64,000 nt of DNA. Source: an uncultured Gammaproteobacteria bacterium (GTDB taxonomy: Bacteria > Patescibacteriota > Patescibacteriia > Magasanikbacterales > UBA922). Below the pieces are notes generated by a model that ran no database searches, was not told the DNA's origin, and worked only from the letters and a program-made list of their open reading frames with translations. Shown here one piece after another: positions 9,463 through 18,287 of the stretch. Numbering within the stretch: position 1 is the first letter of the stretch; each line of letters begins with the position of its first letter. Location of the stretch: positions 140,330-204,329 of the forward strand of contig CAYFPM010000002.1 in the NCBI GenBank assembly GCA_964345045.1, in the 5' to 3' direction. A program made the translations under genes and the position numbers.

Positions 9463-10188
9463 TTATAATCTAATCAAAGCTTGGTTATTGAAATTACAGG
9501 TCCAACCAACCCCTGGAGAATTACTCTGGCACCAAGTTCTACAACCAGAAGCGTCTTGAATATTGGTATTTGGTCTTTGGGTTCCTCCCCCAGTATTTCT
9601 CACCCATTCACAAACACCCGAAGTACTTTGCAAGATTTGACCATTAAACTCACAGTTCCAACCGGCTGCACTAACAGGATTCCCTACACACCAAGCCTGA
9701 CACTCGGCAGAGTTGGCAATTGGAGTGCTTGGGGTTTGGCTACCACTGCCTTGGGTGTTTACCCAACGACAACTACCACTACCACCAGCCGGAGAGCTAC
9801 TCCCCGTAGAACCACCACTAGCTCTATCTATTAGTCTAGGAACTACAAAAGAAGTAATGCTATAGGCTCCTACAGTAATTATAAGTCCAATTATCGCTGC
9901 TCTTATAATATTTTGAGCTTTGCTTATTTTGTCTTCTTCGCCTCTCGCAGTCATCCACATAAAACCAGCATATACCATAAGGATCATAAAGATTACCCCC
10001 ACAAAAGACAAGGCCGCTCGAACTATGTCTCCCAAAGTTTCGGCAAAACTAGTTTCTGTGGTGTTGGGGTCAAAACCAGCTTCTTTGGCTGCTTCTCTAG
10101 CCAGTCCAGTGCCCAAATCAATAGCCAAAGTGCTTTGTGGCAAAAATAATACCAAACCAAGCAAAACAAAAAGTAAAAACTTTTTCAT
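9463..10188 (-). CDS. pilin-like protein with a C-terminal tandem Cys-rich module (paralog 3)
   Basis: Core ALSFVGVIFMILMVYAGFMWMTARGEEDKISKAQNIIRAAIIGLIITVGAYSI. A C-terminal module of about 45 aa is repeated twice (CxWVxNTxG...CxxWCxxN...GWxCxFNxQ). Confidence 0.6.
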   Translation of the reverse strand: MKKFLLFVLLGLVLFLPQSTLAIDLGTGLAREAAKEAGFDPNTTETSFAETLGDIVRAALSFVGVIFMILMVYAGFMWMTARGEEDKISKAQNIIRAAIIGLIITVGAYSITSFVVPRLIDRASGGSTGSSSPAGGSGSCRWVNTQGSGSQTPSTPIANSAECQAWCVGNPVSAAGWNCEFNGQILQSTSGVCEWVRNTGGGTQRPNTNIQDASGCRTWCQSNSPGVGWTCNFNNQALIRL

Positions 10189-10321
10189 ACAAATAAATCA
10201 ATTCCCTTGCCCTGTTATTAATATTAAGGGCAAAGTATAAAATAAATATTTTTTAAACACTCATTAAATCTAATTCAATCCCTTTTCTGCGGAATCTTTA
10301 TAAATCAATGAAATCAGTGTT

Positions 10322-10360
10322 TAAAAAACCAAACCTGATTACAAGCATACACCAGGTTTA
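10322..10360 (-). terminator. intrinsic terminator after pilin paralog 4
   Basis: Minus-strand hairpin aaacctg...caggttt followed by a U-run (an A-run on the plus strand at 10323-10328). Confidence 0.55.
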
Positions 10361-10372
10361 GCCTGCCTATTA

Positions 10373-10744
10373 TTACGAACCACCTAATCTTCCAGTAACA
10401 AACACAGTGATTGCATAAGCTGATACTACTATAACCAGACCAATAATAGTACTGACTATAACTTTTTGCGCTTTTTGAACTTGTTCTTCGTTGCCACGAG
10501 CTGTCATCCAAAGATAACCTCCATAAACCATTAAGAGCAAAAATATAATACCCACCAGTGTAAGCGCTGCGTTTATAATTCTACCAGTAGCAGTTTCCAG
10601 ATCCCGAACATCGTCTACCCCGGCTCTACTACCAACATTTTCTAGTGGACTACCACCACCAAAAGCATCTTGTAGACCACCAGCCAAAGTCACACTAGGA
10701 AAAAGTAATAACGCAGTTAAAATTATTATTGAAAATTTTTTCAT
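10373..10744 (-). CDS. pilin-like secreted protein, TrbC/VirB2-like core (paralog 4)
   Basis: Start at MKKFSII. Core LTLVGIIFLLLMVYGGYLWMTARGNEEQVQKAQKVIVSTIIGLVIVVSAYAI. Confidence 0.6.
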   Translation of the reverse strand: MKKFSIIILTALLLFPSVTLAGGLQDAFGGGSPLENVGSRAGVDDVRDLETATGRIINAALTLVGIIFLLLMVYGGYLWMTARGNEEQVQKAQKVIVSTIIGLVIVVSAYAITVFVTGRLGGS

Positions 10745-10758
10745 ATAGCTTAATAATA

Positions 10759-11127
10759 TCAATTTGTAAGTCTACCGACAAATAGTGTAATAGCATAAGC
10801 CATTACTACCACAGCTGCCCCAATTATAGCAGCTATTACAGTTTTTTTACCCTTTTCTATTCTTTCTTCGCTACCTCTAGCTGTCATCCATATAAAACCA
10901 CCATAAATAGTAAGAATAAAGAAAAATAATCCTACAAGCGAAATCCCCGCACGTAGTCCATCGGCGACAATGTTTGTGACACTAGATCTTTCTACTCCAG
11001 CTCTCCCAGCTACGTTTTCGGTAAAACCAGTGGCATTATTTATTTTATAACCAGCCAAAACAATATTTGGCAGAAGCCAAAAAGCCAAGACTAAAGTATA
11101 AAACAAATGATTAACAATCTTGGGCAT
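10759..11127 (-). CDS. pilin-like secreted protein (paralog 5)
   Basis: Core ISLVGLFFFILTIYGGFIWMTARGSEERIEKGKKTVIAAIIGAAVVVMAYAI. Confidence 0.6.
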   Translation of the reverse strand: MPKIVNHLFYTLVLAFWLLPNIVLAGYKINNATGFTENVAGRAGVERSSVTNIVADGLRAGISLVGLFFFILTIYGGFIWMTARGSEERIEKGKKTVIAAIIGAAVVVMAYAITLFVGRLTN

Positions 11128-11129
11128 AA

Positions 11130-11693
11130 TTAATTACAATTGGAAGCCGATATATTTGGGTTCACAGTAGCTGTTAAGCCAGGACCTCCCTGACACAAAC
11201 TGCTAGCATTACTTGGAAAATAAGGACCTCTTACACATTGAACTGCTCCACCTGTAGCTCCAGTGGTACAAACCACACAACAACCAGCGTCTACCGCCGT
11301 AGTCCCAGCTCCAGGTGCTGGGGTTGTTGGTTGCGTAGCTGTACCTACACTTTGGAATACAAATCTGGTAATAGCATAAGAAGCAATCACCAAAATAAGA
11401 CCAATAATGGCAGCTGTCACCGTACTAAGTGCTTTTTTACTTATTTCTTCATTGCCTCTGGCTAGCATCCAACTAATACCCGCGTAGATCATAAGTATAA
11501 AAAACAGAACCCCGATTAGAGTAAGGCCAGCGCCAATTACATTTCCTACAATATCGGCTAGACTCCCCCTAGCTGTGGTATCTAGCCCAGATTCCTCTGC
11601 AGTTTGTTCCAATCCATAACCAGCCAAGGCCAAAGACGGAAAAGCTACAGCCAAACCAGCCAAGAAACCAAACAAATAATTTTTCTTTTTCAT
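11130..11693 (-). CDS. pilin-like protein with a Cys-rich C-terminal domain (paralog 6)
   Basis: Core LTLIGVLFFILMIYAGISWMLARGNEEISKKALSTVTAAIIGLILVIASYAI. Tail ...GCCVVCTTGATGGAVQCVRGPYFPSNASSLCQGG...SNCN. Confidence 0.6.
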   Translation of the reverse strand: MKKKNYLFGFLAGLAVAFPSLALAGYGLEQTAEESGLDTTARGSLADIVGNVIGAGLTLIGVLFFILMIYAGISWMLARGNEEISKKALSTVTAAIIGLILVIASYAITRFVFQSVGTATQPTTPAPGAGTTAVDAGCCVVCTTGATGGAVQCVRGPYFPSNASSLCQGGPGLTATVNPNISASNCN

Positions 11694-11704
11694 ATAATTA
11701 AAAA

Positions 11705-12319
11705 TTAAGAACCAGCGGCAATACAACAAACATTATTACGTCCTCCGGGACAAACACCTGTTTCTATAGTGGCCGGGTCACACGAATTTCTTTCCTGACA
11801 TCTATAATTAGGGTTAGTGTCACCAAAGGTAATTGTACAAAATGTTTGACATCTACCAGCAACACAAGCAGTCTGTGGACCACAGTCCGTATCGGCTGTA
11901 CAACTAGCCCCAGGAGCTCCAGCAGTAGCACCAGGTGCCCCACCAGAAGTAGTCCCTCCCTCGACTGTACCAAATACAAACCGAGTAATAGCATAAGCAG
12001 ACAATACTATAATAAGACCAACAATCGCAGAAACAATAATTTTTAGCCCTTTCATAGCTTGTTCATTGTTGCCATGAGAAGTCATCCAAGTAACTCCACC
12101 GTATATAGTAAGAATAAAAAATAGTACTCCTACAAAAGACAATGCTCCACCCAAAAATCTACCGGTAGCCGTAGGGATATCCCCAAATTTTTGCAAACCA
12201 GATCTACTAGAAACTAGTTCTAATCCATACTCATCGGCAGCCATAGTTGGAGGCAAAAACAAAAACATCCCTAGAAAAAAAGCCGACAAAAATGAAACTA
12301 TAAATATTTTTTTAGGCAT
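11705..12319 (-). CDS. pilin-like protein with a Cys-rich C-terminal domain (paralog 7)
   Basis: Core LSFVGVLFFILTIYGGVTWMTSHGNNEQAMKGLKIIVSAIVGLIIVLSAYAI. Tail has 10 or more Cys (CTADTDCGPQTACVAGRCQTFC...). Confidence 0.6.
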   Translation of the reverse strand: MPKKIFIVSFLSAFFLGMFLFLPPTMAADEYGLELVSSRSGLQKFGDIPTATGRFLGGALSFVGVLFFILTIYGGVTWMTSHGNNEQAMKGLKIIVSAIVGLIIVLSAYAITRFVFGTVEGGTTSGGAPGATAGAPGASCTADTDCGPQTACVAGRCQTFCTITFGDTNPNYRCQERNSCDPATIETGVCPGGRNNVCCIAAGS

Positions 12320-12329
12320 GGATCAAAAA

Positions 12330-12716
12330 TTATAGGGTATAACCAGTAGTTGCTCTATAAATATTGCTAAGAACAAAACTGGTTACTGCATAAGCGCTTA
12401 AAATTATAATAAGACCAATTACTGCTGCCCACAAAGTTTTTTTAGCTTTGGTGATACTTTCTTCGTTTCCTCCAGCAGTCATCCACATAAAACCGGCATA
12501 CAATATAACCCCCAAAGAGATGACTCCCAACAAACTAAGAAAAACTTGAATTATTGTGCCAACCGAATTTCTCAAATCACGATCTCCCAAACCACTAAAT
12601 TTGCCATATTCTGTGCCTAGCAAATCTGCTCCGGCCAAAACGGGATTTATTTGTAAAATAAAAAAACCGAAAGCTACAAAAGTTAAAAAAACTATGATTT
12701 GCTTGGTATTTTTCAT
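12330..12716 (-). CDS. pilin-like secreted protein (paralog 8)
   Basis: Start at MKNTKQIIVFL. Core FLSLLGVISLGVILYAGFMWMTAGGNEESITKAKKTLWAAVIGLIIILSAYAV. Confidence 0.55.
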   Translation of the reverse strand: MKNTKQIIVFLTFVAFGFFILQINPVLAGADLLGTEYGKFSGLGDRDLRNSVGTIIQVFLSLLGVISLGVILYAGFMWMTAGGNEESITKAKKTLWAAVIGLIIILSAYAVTSFVLSNIYRATTGYTL

Positions 12717-12824
12717 AAAGATTGATTTTGGTGCAAAAGAAACAAAAATTATCTCTTTAGCACCACCATCAAAATACAAAGGGCAGAGATCTCCACGTGG
12801 GGTTAGACCCCTGCCCAATGTAAG

Positions 12825-13244
12825 TTAGAATGTTACGGATTGTCCGGCACCTGCTGTAGTACCAGTGGCAATAGCCAACTGATTTAGCACGAAACGTGCA
12901 ATAGCAAAGGCACTCAAGATAATAGCCAAACCAATGATTCCAGCAAAGATTCTCTTGCGAGCTTCGGCAACTTTTTCTTCGTTACCACCAGCTGTCATCC
13001 ATTGAAAACCACCAGCCAAGATAATTACCAATGCAACGATACCCAAAAGGCTAAGTGCTACACGGATAATTTGACCGATAGTGTCACGGATATCTTGGTT
13101 TCCAAGTCCACTAGTTGTACCGTATTCTAGACCGAATACAGTAGCACCAGCGTGAGCAGAAGGAACTAGAAATACACCCATAAGAAGCACGGCAACAGCA
13201 ACCCAAGCGAGACGGTATTTGGCGACTGTGTTTATCCAATACAT
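12825..13244 (-). CDS. short pilin-like protein with a strong Shine-Dalgarno site, candidate major subunit (paralog 9)
   Basis: 139 aa. Core ALSLLGIVALVIILAGGFQWMTAGGNEEKVAEARKRIFAGIIGLAIILSAFAI. Upstream GGAGGTGAGACT-ATG is the strongest RBS in the cluster. Confidence 0.6.
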   Translation of the reverse strand: MYWINTVAKYRLAWVAVAVLLMGVFLVPSAHAGATVFGLEYGTTSGLGNQDIRDTIGQIIRVALSLLGIVALVIILAGGFQWMTAGGNEEKVAEARKRIFAGIIGLAIILSAFAIARFVLNQLAIATGTTAGAGQSVTF

Positions 13245-13345
13245 AGTCTCACCTCCCTTCCGTTATAAATGTTTTTATTCATATAGCAATAGTATACGTG
13301 AATAAGCCTAGTTTTACAAAATAGATGTGGACAGTGATATAGGGT

Positions 13346-13416
13346 TTAGGCAACAGGCATTAGTAACTAGAAAAACACTATTGCCTATTCCCTATTCCCT
13401 ATTGCCTGTTGCCTAA
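13346..13416. repeat. intergenic palindromic element ttaggcaacaggcat ... attgcctgttgcctaa (family member b)
   Basis: 15-nt inverted repeat. The centre contains tactattgcc and three cctattcc direct repeats. Confidence 0.55.
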
Positions 13417-14210
13417 CTACCAGTAAGCCCACGGATAACTGTATTCAAAATAGCATAGGCCGAAAATATAACAGCCAACCCGATTACCGCATAAAGCATG
13501 GTATTGGTTCCTTTTTTTACTCTTTCTGGATTTCCTGCCGAAGTAAGCCACATTACTCCCCCAGCAAAAAAGACTAACAAAGTAATAGATCCAATCACAG
13601 CCATAGCATTTCTAATCACATCGGCTACAATTACTCGCAAATCTGTTTTTTCTGGATCACTCCCCAAAGGATTTTTTAAACAAAAAACTCCCGGATCATC
13701 ACATCTGTCTTTGGTTGTCCCAGCTCCACCGGCACTCTCGGTTCCTTCTGCCAGAGTACAACCTAGTGAAAAATTAACAGATTGCCCGGCAGAACCAACG
13801 GAAACAGTCTGCGATATGCTAGATGTTTCACAGGTGTTAGCATCGAGACTTACAGAAGCAGCTACATTTGGGTTAGCCATAATAGCAGCCGGAGCGCCGG
13901 CTTGTTGGACTTGGCTACACCCAGCATCCTTGGCAGCAGCAAACGCCGAGGCAATAGTCTGATTTAGATCCAAACTAGATCCCAAAGCAGTGTTGTTGGT
14001 AAAGGCAGCATCATTACAAGCTGGAGTAGTGCTTTTTATACTAGTAACACAACGACAGACCTCGGCTGCCTGGGCTGGGTTTGGTGACAGAAGACTGGAA
14101 AAAAATATAGCCCCCAAAACAAATACAAATAAATTTATCTGTTTTATTGCCACCCTTTGGGTGATCAGCCGAAGGCTGGCTTTATTACTTTTTTGCTTTT
14201 TTGTTTTCAT
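13413..14210 (-). CDS. secreted Cys-containing protein with a C-terminal TrbC/VirB2-like pilin core (paralog 10, permuted domain order)
   Basis: Signal peptide, variable ectodomain, then VIRNAMAVIGSITLLVFFAGGVMWLTSAGNPERVKKGTNTMLYAVIGLAVIFSAYAI at the C-terminus. Confidence 0.55.
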   Translation of the reverse strand: MKTKKQKSNKASLRLITQRVAIKQINLFVFVLGAIFFSSLLSPNPAQAAEVCRCVTSIKSTTPACNDAAFTNNTALGSSLDLNQTIASAFAAAKDAGCSQVQQAGAPAAIMANPNVAASVSLDANTCETSSISQTVSVGSAGQSVNFSLGCTLAEGTESAGGAGTTKDRCDDPGVFCLKNPLGSDPEKTDLRVIVADVIRNAMAVIGSITLLVFFAGGVMWLTSAGNPERVKKGTNTMLYAVIGLAVIFSAYAILNTVIRGLTGS

Positions 14211-14219
14211 ACAATTAAC

Positions 14220-15071
14220 CTAAAATCTAAAGACTTCCTCTACACCCAAACTGTCTAATAAGAAATTAACTAATAGATAGGCACTTAGCGAAATCGTTAC
14301 CCCTATTATAGCAGCCACTAGAATTTGTTGCCCTTGTTTAAATTTTTCTGGGTTGCCAAAAGCAGTTACCATTGTAACACCACCATAAACAAACATAACA
14401 AAAGCCACCACTCCAAGTAAACTAAACACTCTGGCTGAATAATTTAAAACCAAAATAAGCAAATCATCTACATCACGACAAGTTCCACTAATAGCACAAG
14501 CCGGCAAAAGACTTCCATCTTCGGCTGTATAACCAGCACTAAGACTTGATTCCAATATGGTTATACAAACATTATCACTCCAACCACAAGCCGAGGATCT
14601 TTCACAAGTAGTAGAATCTCTAATATCTCTACAAATATTGCCATCTGCCAAAGAATAACAAGCATTGTTTACCCAAAAACAACTGCCTTGGTTGCCCCCA
14701 CTCTCACACTGTGATCTGTCTAGCTCCGGGCACTTTACAATAGTTTCTACAAATTTGTCTCTACATCTAATATGCCCTAGACAATCTATTTCTCTTTCTC
14801 TTATCAAATCACAAGTTTCAAAACCTTCTCTTCTGGATCTTATACAATTCTTTTTTACTTCTGTAGTTTTGCAAGGACTGGTTTGCTTTATACTACAACT
14901 GTTAACTCTAAATTCTGTATCATGTCCTCTTTTTATCTCTTCTATACAACACTGTGCCGCACTAGCACTATCTACCTGCAAAAAATAAGAAAAAAATAAA
15001 ACAAAAACAAATATGCCAAATCTGTTAAAACGTTTTAATGATTTCATGCTTTCATGATTTAATGATTTCAT
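14220..15071 (-). CDS. secreted Cys-rich protein with a C-terminal pilin core (paralog 11)
   Basis: About 20 Cys in the ectodomain. C-terminus VFSLLGVVAFVMFVYGGVTMVTAFGNPEKFKQGQQILVAAIIGVTISLSAYLLVNFLLD. Confidence 0.55.
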   Translation of the reverse strand: MKSLNHESMKSLKRFNRFGIFVFVLFFSYFLQVDSASAAQCCIEEIKRGHDTEFRVNSCSIKQTSPCKTTEVKKNCIRSRREGFETCDLIREREIDCLGHIRCRDKFVETIVKCPELDRSQCESGGNQGSCFWVNNACYSLADGNICRDIRDSTTCERSSACGWSDNVCITILESSLSAGYTAEDGSLLPACAISGTCRDVDDLLILVLNYSARVFSLLGVVAFVMFVYGGVTMVTAFGNPEKFKQGQQILVAAIIGVTISLSAYLLVNFLLDSLGVEEVFRF

Positions 15072-15083
15072 GTTTTAATATTT

Positions 15084-16196
15084 TTAAAATGGTCTAAAAA
15101 AATCTATTACACCAAAAGCGTCTAACAAGAAATTGACCAACAAGTAAGCGCTAAAAACTATTACCAAACCAACTACCGAAGCAACCAAGACATTAACCCC
15201 TTTTTTAAATTTTTCTGGATTACCAAAAGATGTAATCATAGTGATACCGCCTACCAAAAAACTAATAAAGGCAAGTAAACCAGCAAAACCAAACGCCCAA
15301 GTAGCATAACCAAGTTGCTGCTGCAAAATATCGTTCAAACTATCGCAAGTACCATCGTGACCACAAGGAGGAAAAGCTCCTGGTCTACTAAAATCTATAT
15401 TGCCCGACAAACCAGATTGGAGCAAGGTGTTGCATTTGCCAGTATCTTCATTCCACTTGCAAACTTTACTGCCAGCTCCACCATCACAAAGATCTTTGCT
15501 TCTCAATTTGAAACAGAGATCATTATTTTGTCTAGATTCACACTTGTTTTCAAAAACAAAACAAGAAGCCAAAGGACAGCTAGCAGCACTATGATCTAGG
15601 CAATTGATGGTTCCGCTTATCAAAACTTCATCTGAAAAACCTATAAAATATAGATATCTACCTCCATTTACCGCCGGGGTAGTGTATCTCACCCTAGAAT
15701 TACAACTTTGATTTGGAACTGAAACTGTTTTTTGTAATTTGTAAGAAACATTATCCAAAGTTTGTTTGTAAGCAAATCCAGCCACGTTATTTCGCCACCA
15801 GCCGGCAGTTTGAAAAACACCAGCCGAGCAGTAAGTAATTTCTTCGTTTACTAACCATTTCCCAGCACTATTAAATTCTATCCCCGTAGCCGTATTTAAT
15901 TCTTGCAATGCTCCAATAGTTTTTAGTTGATCATAACTAACGGTTTGGTCGTTTTGATCTACCAAAACACAAAAACTAAAATTAGGAATTGGTTCAAAAT
16001 TTGGATTACCGTTGTCATTGTTAGCTGCTACAAATACTGCATATCTTTTGCCACTGGGAGGAGTTGGGCAGTTAACATTGTAATCCGATTGAGCCAAGCT
16101 AGGAGAAGGAAATAAAAAGAAAATAAAAATCAAAAAAACCAGCTTGCTAAAATATTTTCTTATTTTTTGTTTTTTTAAATTTTTTGTTTTTAGCAT
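15084..16196 (-). CDS. secreted Cys-rich protein with a C-terminal pilin core (paralog 12)
   Basis: C-terminus FGFAGLLAFISFLVGGITMITSFGNPEKFKKGVNVLVASVVGLVIVFSAYLLVNFLLDAFG closely resembles paralog 11. Confidence 0.55.
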   Translation of the reverse strand: MLKTKNLKKQKIRKYFSKLVFLIFIFFLFPSPSLAQSDYNVNCPTPPSGKRYAVFVAANNDNGNPNFEPIPNFSFCVLVDQNDQTVSYDQLKTIGALQELNTATGIEFNSAGKWLVNEEITYCSAGVFQTAGWWRNNVAGFAYKQTLDNVSYKLQKTVSVPNQSCNSRVRYTTPAVNGGRYLYFIGFSDEVLISGTINCLDHSAASCPLASCFVFENKCESRQNNDLCFKLRSKDLCDGGAGSKVCKWNEDTGKCNTLLQSGLSGNIDFSRPGAFPPCGHDGTCDSLNDILQQQLGYATWAFGFAGLLAFISFLVGGITMITSFGNPEKFKKGVNVLVASVVGLVIVFSAYLLVNFLLDAFGVIDFFRPF

Positions 16197-16246
16197 CTAA
16201 ACTAATAAAAATTTTAAACCAAATTTTACCAAACTGACTTTTTGAA

Positions 16247-16310
16247 ATGACACTTTACTCTTGAAACACGACCCAAAACAAAAAGCGTCAAGTTATAAGC
16301 GTCATGTGTC
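16247..16310. repeat. 64-nt intergenic repeat, copy 1 (atgacact..cttgaaacacgacccaa..cgtcaagttataagcgtcatg)
   Basis: Near-identical second copy at 19232-19290. Both lie upstream of minus-strand gene starts. Confidence 0.5.
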
Positions 16311-16355
16311 ATATTTTTCTAGTTGCTACAGCATATTGTCTATCCTCTTCCTAAT

Positions 16356-17732
16356 CTAATATGTTTGTTGTACTTTTTGTTGCGTTTGGATTAGCAATCT
16401 ACTGTCTCTTTCAAAAGGTCTTTCCCCTTCACCATACGGTTGCAAATAATCACCCAACAAATCTACAAAAGCTTGTTTGGCAGCTTCGTAGTCACGCCCT
16501 TTGTACCAATTTTTGGCAGTCAAAACTTGAGAAGCAAATGGCTCGAGTAACGGGTCTCCCTGCTGTTCGGCAACTTGCGCCCGTAGTGGGCTAGGCTGCA
16601 AGGTAGCATCCAAATATCTTTTTACATTTTCCGGACTAGAGATATAACGTACAAAATCCCAGGCTTCATTTGGATTTTTGGTTCTTTTTACAACAGACTC
16701 TACCCAATAATTGGCTACATTCCCAGAGAACTGAGGATTTAATTGTGGGATTGAAACTACTGAAAAATCTAGCTGTGGAGCTTGGGCTTGTATCCTAGCT
16801 CTGTCGTGAGCAAAACCTACATAAAATACTGCTTTACCTCTGGCAAATTCTTCTAGGGCATTACCAAAATTTTCGTTCCAAGCATATACATCTTTGTTTG
16901 GTTTGGCAAAATCACTATAAAATTGTAATGATTGCAAAGCTGGATGATTTTCATTGGCTCTATTTAAACCTAGAGCAAAAGTTACAAAATTTTCATCGGT
17001 AACTTCTACTCCATTTTGCAGCATTAGCATCATTAGAATATCGGCAGCGTTGTCTATGTTGTTTCCAGTACCAAAGCTAATACCAGACTGCAAGATATTG
17101 CCAGAGTTATCATATCTGGTAGCTTTTTTTACAGCTTCGCTTAATTCTGTCCAACTCTCTGGAGGTAGAGCAATACCAGCTTTGTCGAGGAGTTCTGTAT
17201 TGTAATAGAGTGCCAAAGTATCCATGGCCAGTGGCAAACCATATATTTCATTCTCCAAAATCACATCTTCGGCTACAGTGCTCACATAATTTCTACGAAC
17301 AGTACTTTGGGTTGGTAGCAAATTTTGTTCTGTTTCTACAATTATCTCTGGTTGATACTTGCCTTTTACAAAAACTCTCGAAACAGTTACTCCCCTTGGC
17401 ATAGGCATTAATCTGTTTTGATATTTTTTTAACCAACGAGAATGCATCGATACCAAATCCGGAGCCACATCATCGGCCAAAGCGTTCACAAAAAGATTAT
17501 CAAATTCTTCGTAACGAACCTGACGAATATTTATGTTTACATAAGATCTTATTTCTTTGTATTCTTTGGCAAATGTACGAAGCGTTTCTACATCATCAAA
17601 AACTGTCCAATAGTTGATAGTTACCGGCTGTATAGCAGCTCTTTCTTCTTGGGTCAATCCCTTGCAACCAAAACCAATCAACAAAAAAATCAAGAAAAAA
17701 ACACTTAGTTTCCCAAAAATTTTAAAATTCAT
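16356..17732 (-). CDS. extracellular solute-binding lipoprotein (ABC transporter SBP family 1-like)
   Basis: Lipobox LLIGFGC after the MNFKIFGKL signal. About 450-aa periplasmic-binding-fold-like sequence. No permease gene is adjacent. Confidence 0.55.
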   Translation of the reverse strand: MNFKIFGKLSVFFLIFLLIGFGCKGLTQEERAAIQPVTINYWTVFDDVETLRTFAKEYKEIRSYVNINIRQVRYEEFDNLFVNALADDVAPDLVSMHSRWLKKYQNRLMPMPRGVTVSRVFVKGKYQPEIIVETEQNLLPTQSTVRRNYVSTVAEDVILENEIYGLPLAMDTLALYYNTELLDKAGIALPPESWTELSEAVKKATRYDNSGNILQSGISFGTGNNIDNAADILMMLMLQNGVEVTDENFVTFALGLNRANENHPALQSLQFYSDFAKPNKDVYAWNENFGNALEEFARGKAVFYVGFAHDRARIQAQAPQLDFSVVSIPQLNPQFSGNVANYWVESVVKRTKNPNEAWDFVRYISSPENVKRYLDATLQPSPLRAQVAEQQGDPLLEPFASQVLTAKNWYKGRDYEAAKQAFVDLLGDYLQPYGEGERPFERDSRLLIQTQQKVQQTY

Positions 17733-17740
17733 AGCAAGGT

Positions 17741-17800
17741 ATTTAGAAAATAGGCAACAGGCAGGAGGCAATAGTATTTTTTTCAGTTTTACTATTGCCT
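17741..17800. repeat. intergenic palindromic element ggcaggaggcaatagta ... tactattgcctcctgcc (family member c)
   Basis: 17-nt perfect inverted repeat around a T-run. Bidirectional terminator-like. Confidence 0.6.
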
Positions 17801-17822
17801 CCTGCCTAACCCCTACATCCTA

Positions 17823-18272
17823 TTATCCCACCGCCTGAAATAAGAAAGAAACTATGGCGTAACTAGCCAAAATTACAACCAAACCAAGACTAGACCAGAC
17901 TAGCGTTTTGGTAGCCAGAGCTGTTCGCTCGCTATTGCCCCGAGAAGTCATCCACATTATGCCGCCGGCTACAAACATTACCAGAGATACAGAACCTATA
18001 ATCCCCATGGCAATTCTAATAAGTCTACCAATCAACACTTGTGGAGAAGTCGTGCCAAGCCTATTTAAATCTTTTACAAGATCTTTTGTACTAGTACTTA
18101 ACAATTCGGATCCGGTTTGATCTGGAGGCACAACCGGTTCTACTTCTCCTGGAACTCCGGCATTTGTTACACTAGGCAAACCAAAGAAAACAAAAAAAGA
18201 CAAAAAAATTGCCAATAGGATTACAAAAGCTTTGTTTATTTTTTTGTGTGGCGAGTGACAAGCTACCGCCAT
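17823..18272 (-). CDS. pilin-like secreted protein, TrbC/VirB2-like core (paralog 13)
   Basis: Core IRIAMGIIGSVSLVMFVAGGIMWMTSRGNSERTALATKTLVWSSLGLVVILASYAI. Confidence 0.55.
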   Translation of the reverse strand: MAVACHSPHKKINKAFVILLAIFLSFFVFFGLPSVTNAGVPGEVEPVVPPDQTGSELLSTSTKDLVKDLNRLGTTSPQVLIGRLIRIAMGIIGSVSLVMFVAGGIMWMTSRGNSERTALATKTLVWSSLGLVVILASYAIVSFLFQAVG

Positions 18273-18287
18273 AAAATTTAGTTAAAA

